A stretch of 20,274 bases of DNA from Octopus sinensis (lineage: Eukaryota): positions 1-20,274 of the forward strand of contig NW_021824006.1 of assembly GCF_006345805.1 (NCBI RefSeq), given 5' to 3'. The notes beneath the pieces were generated by a model. That model was not told the DNA's origin and did not search any database. It was given only the letters and a program-made list of their open reading frames with translations. The translations under genes and the position numbers were made by a program. Positions within the stretch are counted from its first letter, which is position 1. Each line of letters opens with the position of its first letter. This document shows, one piece after another, positions 1-9,640 of this stretch.

Positions 1-138
1 ATACCATCTCTAAAGAAAGTCAAACAAGATATAGCAGTTTATACATACAAAATCCTTAACTATCCTTCAAATATAATTACAAAATACCTTTGCAGGTAAA
101 ATAAACAGGAGAATATTCAACATAACCTCTAAGGAAAT
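1..138 (-). other. Candidate exon 88-138, a 78-nt intron (10-87) and the start of a next exon
   Basis: AAG|GTATTT donor and TGTTTGACTTTCTTTAG| acceptor; the 51-nt exon is open in two frames. Confidence 0.22.
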
Positions 139-258
139 CTACAAGTCACAGTTTTCTATAACGATGAATTAAATATGAAATGATGTGAAGTTTCATAGTC
201 TGTGGAACAATCCTCGCAAAATATAAAAAAAAACAAATATATGAAGTAAGAAATACTA

Positions 259-511
259 CTATAGCAAGAAATTCCATCTCCTTAAGAAAAGAATATTTTC
301 CTGGAACACATGTTCTATTCCTGGAATGTTTTGCTCTTCAACAGGAAAAATGTTAATGTTAGCTACTGTTGCATGAAAAACCGCAGTCATAGTAGCAGAA
401 ACATCCCGACTAAAACAATAGAATATATTTGTATCACCGACAATTCTGTTCACTTAATGACAAATGACAAAAGGACTTACACATGATTAATGTAGAGAGC
501 AGGAATCCCAT
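259..511 (-). other. Candidate spliced exon pair (481-511 and 259-409) separated by a 71-nt GT-AG intron
   Basis: Donor GTAAGT at 480 and acceptor TATTCTATTGTTTTAG at 410. The joined frame reads GIPALYINHVRDVSATMTAVFHATVANINIFPVEEQNIPGIEHVFQENILFLRRWNFLL*, with no recognised homology. Confidence 0.28.
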
Positions 512-1339
512 CTGTAGACAGTTTCCCAAAATAACTTCATGGGGTTCAAGAAGAAAACATCCATGGCATACTCACTCATTTAGGTCTCAACATTGAACTA
601 CATTTAAAAACTGAAGGATAGTGGTGTATTATGTAGACTACAATCTTGTATTCCAGCAGATCAAATAAGGGAAATTTATATTTGGTCAAAGGATATAAAC
701 ATTGGACTAATGTTTGAATGTTAAAAATCTAAATATTAAAAGTCCGAAATTTTATTTGCGTCGGAATATTAAATGGATTTCCAAATATACATATTTCGGT
801 GGAATTCTGCTTTAAGCAAACCCCCTTAACTTTTTTTTTTTACTTTTTCGAATTCTCAGAAGACGTTTTTGAATTTGTGTTCTACCAAGAAATTCCGCTT
901 AAATTTTAACTATTGATAAGATAACTAGCCCTTCCATCACCCGCGCAAATCATTAACCAATGACACCCTGTTATGACGTGGGTATACAAGTCTGGTGTAA
1001 AATGGTATTACACGAATAAATAGCTGGATGTGGTTATCTAAAAATAACCTATTGTAGAAATATATGTTAACACAGAACGCACAACGTCCTAATCTGAATT
1101 AGGTACGATACTCAGAATTCCCTTTTCAACCACCGAACTGTTAAACCAACACACGTTGAACCCCTACTGCCAACTGACCCCTAAGAGTTCACTCAGTTCT
1201 TATTTATTGCAAACGGTCAGTCCACCTTCAATTACGTGGAAGTGTTCAAGGATTTCCCCGCAGAGTAACACTTTGTCCCTAATGGTCCAGGAAATTATTA
1301 GTTAATCACAAGCAGCTTCTACATTTTATTGTCGCCCAC

Positions 1340-1437
1340 CTGGAACGGAGAAATAATTAAAGTGATTCTTTCTACAATGACCATCCGAGAACCAAACGCC
1401 AGGCAATCTTTGACGCACTCTTGAACCATTATCAAAA
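1340..1437 (-). other. Candidate 98-nt exon
   Basis: Strong acceptor TTTTTATTTTTATTATTTGTCAG|, donor CCAG|GTGGGC, and two of three frames open; no recognisable protein. Confidence 0.18.
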
Positions 1438-1724
1438 CTGACAAATAATAAAAATAAAAATGTACAATTCGAATATTTTGGAATATTTTGAATTGATTCA
1501 TCTTTTATGCTCCACAAAATCCAGACCTTTTCCCCCTTATCTAACAATTGTTGCCTAAAATACTGCTCAGCATCAGAAGGGTTACTTTGCGGTGAATGGT
1601 TTGTGTCTCTTTGGAGTCCCAACAACACTGTTAAGATTATAGCGGAGTGTCGGCATTCCTTTTAAGGGATTGTCTATAACACTCTCAATGATCATAAAAA
1701 TATTAATATGGCGTAAGTCCTTAA

Positions 1725-1916
1725 GGCGGAGAACTGGCAGAATTCTTAGCACGCCCTGCAATATGCTATGCAACATTTCGTCTGTCTTTACGTTCTAAGG
1801 TCGACTATGCTTTCATCCTTTCGGTGTCAATACAATAAATACCAGTTAAGTACTGGGGTCAATGTAATCGACTACCCCCCCCCAAGTGACAGGCCTTGTG
1901 CCAAAAAGTTGAAGCC
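1725..1916 (+). mobile_element. tRNA-derived SINE family A, degenerate copy with internal deletion of the B-box segment
   Basis: Colinear with the copies at 9438, 13331, 13599 and 15909: head GGCGGAGAACTGGCAGAA, core GGTCGACT..TTTCATCCTTTCGG, TACTGGGGTCAATGTAATCGACT, tail GGCCTTGTGCCAAA. Confidence 0.85.
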
Positions 1917-2040
1917 AAGTCCTTCAGAGTGTTATACATTTGGAATATCCAAAAGGATTTCTACATTTCTACACACTTTACAAGCGACACGTAGAAATAT
2001 ATGTACATCGTGTCTCTGTACTGTTATGTACATGTATTTG

Positions 2041-2042
<2 letters not shown>

Positions 2043-2122
<80 letters not shown>

Positions 2123-2139
2123 CGTGTGTGTGTGTGTGT
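2043..2139. repeat. (TA)34 followed by (TG)n compound microsatellite
   Basis: Seen directly. Confidence 0.97.
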
Positions 2140-2608
2140 CTGTATAATATATATGGTATATGTGTACACATGAGCTAATACAAATACATATTCATATATA
2201 AGTATGCATGTGTGTATATATATATATATATATATTTGACGTTGCGTTACGAATATGGAAAGTATGAAAAGCGAAGTATTGAATCCAAGACGGAAGGTAA
2301 ATACCTAAATGGACGCCCGAAATAAGTACTGTGGCGTTATCTTCTATACAACCGATTCTATTCTACATCTTAGTACACATACGCACTCTGTTATTGTACT
2401 ATTGATACGTATACATAAAAAACTATTGTATACATCTTTCTCTCTCACTATCTATTTAACTCTGTATCTAAATCACACCTTATGCATATATATATATATT
2501 ATATCTATATAACTATCTGTCTTGTTATGCATTTAATTATCTAAGCATCTATCTACATCACTATTTATGTATGTATCTATTTATGTACGTATGTATTTAC
2601 CTATCAAA

Positions 2609-2702
<94 letters not shown>
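2609..2702. repeat. (CTAT)~23 perfect tetranucleotide microsatellite
   Basis: Seen directly. Confidence 0.97.
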
Positions 2703-3484
2703 GTCTATTTATTTATCTACCTGTCTGTCTTTATGTAGATTCACACAGACGCACATACAAAAGCGGACACCCTCCGTCGTCTGCTCCGTGTAGGTAACAA
2801 GCGGAGACTAAGAACAGCCTAAGTGGTTCTCTTATTTTTGCCAAAAAAATTTTGGCCGAAATAAAGGTTAATGTTTTGGATGTGGGCGAGGCACGAGAAC
2901 TGGATAAAGCGATGGTATTGAGTGGCCATCACGAGTGAAGGATGGGGAGGGAAGACGTACAGAAATCATTATCATACAACCTTCTTATATCTTCCTACAG
3001 AGCTTCTCCTCCTCTTCTTGCTCCTCTGTCTTACTCCGCCTCTCCATTCTGTTTCCTATCTAAAAATACTTCGCGATTCAGTGAACCAGAAGAATTTTCG
3101 GATATTTTAAATGTAATTTGGACTGGCTGCCATCGTTTTCCTTGGCCAACCGTCAAGACTTCCTTGTTTACTGAAGCGACACCTAATGGCGCTATGTTGC
3201 ATGAACTTTTTTGCTTGTTGTTTTCTTTTAGTTTCTGGTAAATCTTTTATTAAGGACGTGATGATTTCAGGGTTTCGCTTTGGTGGCCATATGTTGCTAA
3301 CGCAGGGTAATGGACAGGGTAGAATTAATCGTGTGAGGTGGCAGAGATCGTGTGTGGAGACGTTGCCGACGTGTGAGGTGTGCGGCAGATATTGTGTGGT
3401 GGCGTTCATTATGTGTGATGTTATAGCTTAAATGCAATCGGGAACAACAATGTTATAGAGAAAAAATAATCAAATTAGAAGATA

Positions 3485-3485
3485 C

Positions 3486-3516
<31 letters not shown>

Positions 3517-3618
3517 ATATACAGAGAGAGAGGGGGAGAGAGTGAGAATTTACAAAATCAAAATACAAAAGACGAAGGCGGGTGTGTAAACCCCCACACA
3601 CATACACAAACACATATA

Positions 3619-3679
<61 letters not shown>

Positions 3680-3790
3680 ATATAATATATATATATATAC
3701 ATTTATCTGTATATATATATATATATAATATTGTGTGTGTGTCAGAGTGTGTGTGCGTGTGTGTGTGATGTATATATATACACATATATA
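3485..3790. repeat. (TA)n/(CA)n/(TG)n microsatellite cluster
   Basis: Seen directly; interrupted arrays. Confidence 0.9.
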
Positions 3791-4081
3791 GTTTACTTTT
3801 GCCTTCAGTTAAGATCAACAATAAAAAGAAGTGCTTCATGTGGTGAAAGTTGAAACTATTGTTTACTATAAACAGTGTATTCTTTCATGAGCTGCTTTAG
3901 TAGTTTCGTATATTGAAACCCGCCAAGTGGCTGCGAGTAATCGCCAGGCTCTGGGCACATTGCTTATACAAGTTAGAAATCAAGAGATTAAAGCAAAAGA
4001 AATCATGAGAAGATAACAAAATTGACGAGGGTTCAAATTGTAGAATAGTCGGGGGGGGAAGAAAGGAAAAAAGAATCAATA

Positions 4082-4203
4082 TTATGTCCCCTTTAACCGC
4101 AATGTTCTATGGGTAGATGGTGTAGAGTCATCGGAGAATTTACATCCCTTCTGTTCATTCTACAATTTCTCGCTTTACAACACTGCCGTCAAAGGGGACA
4201 TAA
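4082..4203. mobile_element. 122-bp foldback / MITE-like element
   Basis: Terminal inverted repeats TTATGTCCCCTTTAACCGCAATGTTCT and ACAACACTGCCGTCAAAGGGGACATAA match at 23/27; weaker palindromy continues inward; TA lies at both ends (4083-4084 and 4201-4202). Confidence 0.65.
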
Positions 4204-4448
4204 CTCTAATTCTTCTTTTCTTTTTTTTAGTTATTTTTTGGGGTTTTTCTTTCACCATTCCACTTTGTGACCCGCACCTTCATCTCGTCCTATTCTTCTG
4301 GTTTGTAGATTGTACAGGTCACGTGCCCTGAGTCCAAAGAATGCTCGAAGATGTTAGACGTGTCTCAAAACCTGAAGAGTTGATATTTTCAATGTACGAA
4401 ACTATTAGTGGCTCATAACTATATGCTGTGTAAATTAATCAACAATTC

Positions 4449-4597
4449 ACACACACATACACACACACACCACACACACATACACACACACACACCACAC
4501 ACACTCAAGTATATGTATATATGCTGTTCTATGAGAACCGAAACAACTTGTTACCTGCTTAAGTGATGTACCTGTACACACACATATACACACACTA

Positions 4598-4632
<35 letters not shown>
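4449..4632. repeat. (CA)n and (CT)n arrays
   Basis: Seen directly. Confidence 0.9.
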
Positions 4633-4638
<6 letters not shown>

Positions 4639-4668
4639 TCTCCACCCCCACCGTCCACACACTTATAT

Positions 4669-4835
4669 GTAACTTGTTTCATTCGCTCCACATCGGTTCC
4701 GCTGGGGCACAACCTTGAGTTGTTTAGGAGAGCAAACTCACCCCAGTATTTTTCTTTTCCCAAGTCTCCCACTTATGCTAGTCGTCTCCTATGCTAAGTG
4801 ACGGGATGCAAACAAACTAAGACAGGTTGTCAGCA
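4669..4835 (-). mobile_element. SINE family B 3' half, degenerate
   Basis: Plus strand reads AACTTGTTTCA..GCTGGGGCAC..CCCCAGTA..GCTAAGTGACGGGATGCAAACAAAC..GGTTGTCA. It is weakly homologous, in inverted orientation, to 20165-20274 and matches the recalled Octopus SINE 3' domain. Confidence 0.6.
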
Positions 4836-4939
4836 TGTGTGTGTGTGTGTGTTTGCCTACATATATAATCTATGTATATACAACATCTGGTTATTCCCTA
4901 CATAGTATCTCACCCAAGTAGATTTCTTAGTATAAATCA

Positions 4940-4942
<3 letters not shown>

Positions 4943-4980
<38 letters not shown>

Positions 4981-5070
4981 TCTACCTCTAACCCTCTCTC
5001 TTTTTATTTCTCTCTCTCCCTTTCTCTCTCGGTCTATAACACACACTCCCTCTTTTTCTCCCTCTCTCTA
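4943..5070. repeat. (TC)n array and pyrimidine-rich tail
   Basis: Seen directly. Confidence 0.9.
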
Positions 5071-5394
5071 TCATTCGCAAATATCTTCGACATTCAAGTA
5101 ATTACATCGTTATAATTAAAGCACTTATTAAAACAAATATTTTAAAATTAAAATAATTAAATTTAATATGAAAATTCTAATAATATATTACTAATTCTCA
5201 TACTTTCAGTTATTAATTTTTTTTTGTTTCGCAATTGAAGTTAATTAAAACAAATAATTTAAATATTTTAATGTCGAAATAAATTTTTGTCATGCTCTTT
5301 AATTTTGGACTGGATTAGAGCGTGTATAACAATGATATATAGAACGGAAAAAAACTATCCGTTATTATATTATATAAATCAGGCGTGTACAATA

Positions 5395-5399
5395 TTAAA

Positions 5400-5443
<44 letters not shown>

Positions 5444-6131
5444 AATGTATTCATACATATGTACGTATGTACATGCATATATTTGAATATATATATATGT
5501 ATGTATGTATATATCGATATATATATGTGTGTGTGTTATATATATGTATATCTACATACATACATATATATATATATATATACACACTTTTATTTGTATA
5601 TTACTATATATTATCTCATATAGGAACATTGTGTGTGTGCCTGTGTGTGTGTGTATGCATCGTGCGTGTATGTGGGTACGTGTATCTATAAATATTTTGT
5701 GTGTGTATGTATGTAGGCGCACTCTTTATTATTATTTATGTTCCTCGGTTTAATATGAAATATTAATTAAACATCTTTAATGAAGAGACTAATCTAATAA
5801 AACAATAAAGACTGTTTTAATCTCAATCAAGCGACTAATTACAATCAAAGACGAAACAAAGAACAAATAGAGAAATATAAATTGTTATTATTAGATGCAC
5901 CGTCAACTAACAAACACTTATACATAGTACACACACACACACACACACATACCTACACATACAACATACGTACACGCACACATATTTACATATACATATA
6001 TATATAGAGAGACCATACACGCATATGTGTGTATGCATTTATATTTATATATAGCACACACACACACAAACACTATATATACCTATATACATAAATATAT
6101 ACATACACACCCCATGCACACAAATATACAC

Positions 6132-6183
<52 letters not shown>

Positions 6184-6325
6184 GGACACACACATTTGTA
6201 TATATACAATATACAAATATACATAGTGACAGGCACACATACACATATACATGCACATGAATACACACATGTACATATAGATATATATACTTATATACAC
6301 ACACACACATATATTTATATATATT
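5395..6325. repeat. Two TA/TG/CA mosaic microsatellite fields (5395-5715 and 5925-6325)
   Basis: Seen directly. Confidence 0.9.
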
Positions 6326-6342
6326 CTCGATGGGATGCTTAC

Positions 6343-6835
6343 GATGATGATGATGATGATGATGGGGGTAGCGATGTTGAGGTTACTGGATGTGTTGTTT
6401 TGGTGGTGGCGGTGGTGGTAGTAGTGGTGGTAGTGGTGTTGTGGTGTTGTGGATGTGCAGGTTGTAGTGGTAGTTGTGGTCGTCATCGTAGTGGTTGAGG
6501 TTTTGGTAGTTTGGGTTATGTTGGTAATGATGATGCTGGTAGAGATATTTGTAGAGGTGGTGGTGGTAGTGGGGATGGTAATGATTGTGGTGGTGGTAGT
6601 GGTAGTGGTAGTGGTGGTAGTAGTGGGGAGGGTAGTGGTTGTGGTTGTGGTGGAGGGAATGGTAAGTGGGTGTGGTTGTGGTGGTAAGTGGGGATCGTAG
6701 TGTTTGTAGTGGTGGTGATGGTACTGGTGGTATAAATGAGGATGGCAGTGGTGATAGTGATGGTAGTGGTGGTGATGATGGTAGTGCTGGTAATTGTAGT
6801 AATGGTGGTGGTGGCGATGGCGTTCGTAGTTTTCA
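6343..6835. repeat. Degenerate GAT/GGT/GTA/GTT trinucleotide low-complexity tract
   Basis: Seen directly; the source of the poly-V, poly-T and poly-G pseudo-ORFs. Confidence 0.9.
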
Positions 6836-7734
6836 AGATGCTGGTGCCAGTGACGCTGATATTGTTGTTGGTGAACTACAATATATTAATTTTTTCCCCA
6901 ACATAAAACGATTTATATTTTTAGACATCTCTTAGTTTTAGCTTTCCCCATAAATCCTCGATCAGTGCTTTAAACCTGATATTTTTTTTCCTTTTTATTG
7001 AGCTCATTTTCTAATCATTTAGCACTAAAAAATATTGTCGTTATAACTTCCATTTTTTCCCGTATAATCACGTTAACAGCTCATGTGATTATAAATTCTA
7101 GTTTTACTGTTGATCCAAGAGGTCTTGTAGTCGTTTAGGAAGCAAATTGATTCTATTAAATTTCTTAGACTTTCTACTCTTTCCATTTATCACCGACCAC
7201 TTGTAACAGTTTATATCAACAGAAAATTTCTTTACGACGCCCGTTGCATTCCCACTGACGAAGGCATCACGTGCTTTGATATTTCTGGAAACTTTCGACA
7301 GCCACAAACACGTTCCTGCATTTGTACCATTCTATGGAATACATAATGTATTTTCAATATTTTTCTTGCTTTATTTTGAGATGATCTTTGTTGCAGTTAC
7401 TCCTTTACAAATATATGACCGATTTTCAAAACCTTTGGTTCCAAAACCATCTCCAGATTATCAGGGTCCTTGGTTTCTATCACAAAATAATTTTAAGACA
7501 TTGAAATTATAATCGCATTGGTAATTCAGTCACAGTATATTACCGAGAAATGTTCAATGCGTTTCAGGCCCCAGGAGCTTATATTTATTACTACGCTTAC
7601 AACTTGCATCTGTATATACCTGCTACATTTGAGACCCTTAGAATGATAAAGTCCTCCTTTGCATCTTTCGTAATCTCCGGTTAATATCTTTTTCCTATCC
7701 ATCGTCAATACAATCATGTTTAGTCTGCATTATA

Positions 7735-7870
7735 GGCGCAGGTGTAGCTGTATGGTAAGTAGCTGGCTTACGAACCGCATGGTTCCGAGTTCAGTCTTCT
7801 ACTATAGCCTTGAGTGGATTTAGTAGAGTGGATTTCCGTCTACCAAATCTGAAAATGGAAGAAACGAAAC
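7735..7870 (+). mobile_element. tRNA-derived SINE family B, 5' head, rearranged
   Basis: GGCGCAGGTGTAGCTGTATGGTAAGTAGC (A-box-like), GGTTCCGAGTTCAGTC (B-box-like), CTTCTACTATAGCCT and TGAGTGGATTTAGTAGA match the recalled head of a common Octopus SINE. Confidence 0.75.
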
Positions 7871-7880
7871 AGACCTGCCT

Positions 7881-7938
7881 CTCATCCTTTCGGGCCAAGC
7901 TAGCGCTGGGGTCGATGTCATCCACTTGCCTCCTCCCT
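7881..7938 (+). mobile_element. SINE family A core fragment
   Basis: CTCATCCTTTCGGG...CTGGGGTCGATGTCAT matches the central core of the other copies. Confidence 0.55.
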
Positions 7939-8329
7939 TCAACAACGCACAACATGAACCCTGCAAATGACAGAATCCCATTAAAGGAGAGTGTTGCTGT
8001 CTCGGTCACTCCTACGAGACAGCAGCACTACGCAATGGTCACTGGATATCTGGCCATATTAGTGACAGGGGCCAATAAAAATGAAAATATAATTGCATGG
8101 CATCTGAGAGATTTACATCGTCAAATCCTGTGCAGTGGAATCACTATAAAAGCGATTTTTCAAACTCAGTATTTTTACCATATTCTACGATTTTCCCAAT
8201 GCTTCTTCTACTGTAGCCTCAGACCGACCAATGCTTCTTGTAAACGGCTTATATAATGATATAATGTAGCCATTAATAAATAAAAATATTCGTTGGAAAC
8301 ACCTGTAATGAATTGACACTTGTCCATCG

Positions 8330-8330
<1 letters not shown>

Positions 8331-8428
<98 letters not shown>
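8331..8428. repeat. (TTA)~32 perfect microsatellite
   Basis: Seen directly. Confidence 0.97.
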
Positions 8429-8942
8429 TAAAAATATATAACAAGAGTGAAACAAAGGACAAGTAAGACAAACAATGACCCTTCATCAGTTGTCGGCTGT
8501 CTGTCTACTCCCCATTTTGAGTAATCAACGACAATATGAGTCTTCGAAGACAGTTGCTCCCATAAATACTAAAATAAATTTTTGGATTTACAGGGGGCCA
8601 AAGTTGGGAACAAAAACTGGACAGTTTGTATACATGCATGCATGTATGTTTATGTATGTATATAAGTATATATATATATATGTGTGTATGTGTGTATACA
8701 CACACATGCACCCCCACGTATAGATACAGACAGTCAGTCAGTGAAGCTGAAGCACACAAACGCACAAATTCATATATATCTGTGCATGTGTATACATATG
8801 TACACACAACCACAAATGCGTTTCTGAAAAAAAAAATGCAAAACGCTCATTCGCTCGCCGGTATTTAAAGACATGTATGGAGCCATACAGGTACACGTAC
8901 AGAAAACCCACGCAAACACGCCCTCTTTTTCCTTCCGCTCAC

Positions 8943-9074
8943 CATCAGGTCACCACATGACCCCTGGTGACTTCTCTGACAAGTGTCTTATACTTCTCAT
9001 GGAATTTTCATTGGTGAATACAAACGTGGTTTCCTGTTCGAGCTTATTACAAAACGCCATCTTGTCAGCTGTAG
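8943..9074 (-). other. Candidate exon (non-coding or short terminal CDS)
   Basis: Preceded on the minus strand by a 300-nt pyrimidine tract ending TTAG|CTACAG|; donor ATG|GTGAGC at 8942; all three frames contain stops. Confidence 0.2.
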
Positions 9075-9084
9075 CTAATTATAA

Positions 9085-9392
9085 GAGAGCGGAAGGGGGA
9101 TAGAGAGAGGAGTGGGTGAGAGAGAGTGGGAAGGAGAGAGAAAGCAGGAGAGGGGAGAAGACGACAAGGAGAACAAGAGAAAGAGGAGGGAAGTAGAGAT
9201 AACTAAATAGAGAGAGGGTAAAAAGGAGGGGAAGATAGACAGAGAGACAAAGAGAAAGTGAACGAACAGAAGAGAGTGAGAGACTGAGAGAGAGAAAGAG
9301 AAGAGAGGTAGGAGACCAGGTAAGGAGATATGGTGAGAGGAAGAGGTAGCAATAGATAGATAGAAACACAAAAAGAAAGAGAGAGATAGAAG
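9085..9392. repeat. About 300-bp polypurine (GA-rich) low-complexity tract
   Basis: Seen directly; strongly purine-biased on the + strand. Confidence 0.9.
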
Positions 9393-9437
9393 GGCGTACC
9401 CCAGTGCTGGTTCGATTCTATATTTTGTTAATATGAA

Positions 9438-9635
9438 AGGCAAACCCACCGGGCGAAATGCTTAGCGCTATTTCGTCCGTCTTTATGTTCTGAGCTCAAA
9501 TTCCGCCGAGGTCGACTTTGCCTTTCATCCTTTCAGGGACGATAAATTAAGTACCATTTGTGTGCAGGGTTGATCTAATCAACTGGCCCCATCCTCCCAA
9601 ATTTTGGGTCTTGTGCCTGGAGTAAAAACGAATAT
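9438..9635 (+). mobile_element. SINE family A copy with a partly deleted head
   Basis: Contains CCGGGCGAAATGCTTAGCG, B-box-like GAGCTCAAATTCC and GAGGTCGACTTTGCCTTTCATCCTTTC, which are nearly identical to the 13331 and 13599 copies. Confidence 0.9.
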
Positions 9636-9640
9636 GAAAC

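Noticed and set aside
489-581. Minus-strand frame MSEYAMDVFFLNPMKLFWETVYRWDSCSLH*, reminiscent of the Cys-loop receptor motif EYTMDVFFRQ
   Set aside because: It is flanked by stops, the similarity ends after 8 residues, and there is no suitable acceptor; likely chance.
340-610. Selenoprotein reading through the two in-frame TGA codons of the candidate exons
   Set aside because: No SECIS-like element was seen, the product is not selenoprotein-like, and the downstream region is not available.
1140-1260. Possible very old inverted SINE remnant
   Set aside because: Similarity is too weak to support by eye.
1580-1745. Partial matches to conserved miRNAs (GCGGTGAATG of miR-124; CGGAGAACTG of miR-184)
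   Set aside because: The seeds do not match, there is no precursor hairpin, and the second match is a SINE head.
3001-3240. Plus-strand exon candidate (acceptor at 3000) and minus-strand frame SCNIAPLGVASVNKEVLTVGQGKRWQ...
   Set aside because: No recognisable protein; splice signals are only partly convincing and conflict between strands.
7735-7800. Possible tRNA gene
   Set aside because: Only A/B-box-like motifs are present with no cloverleaf, and it continues into SINE body sequence.
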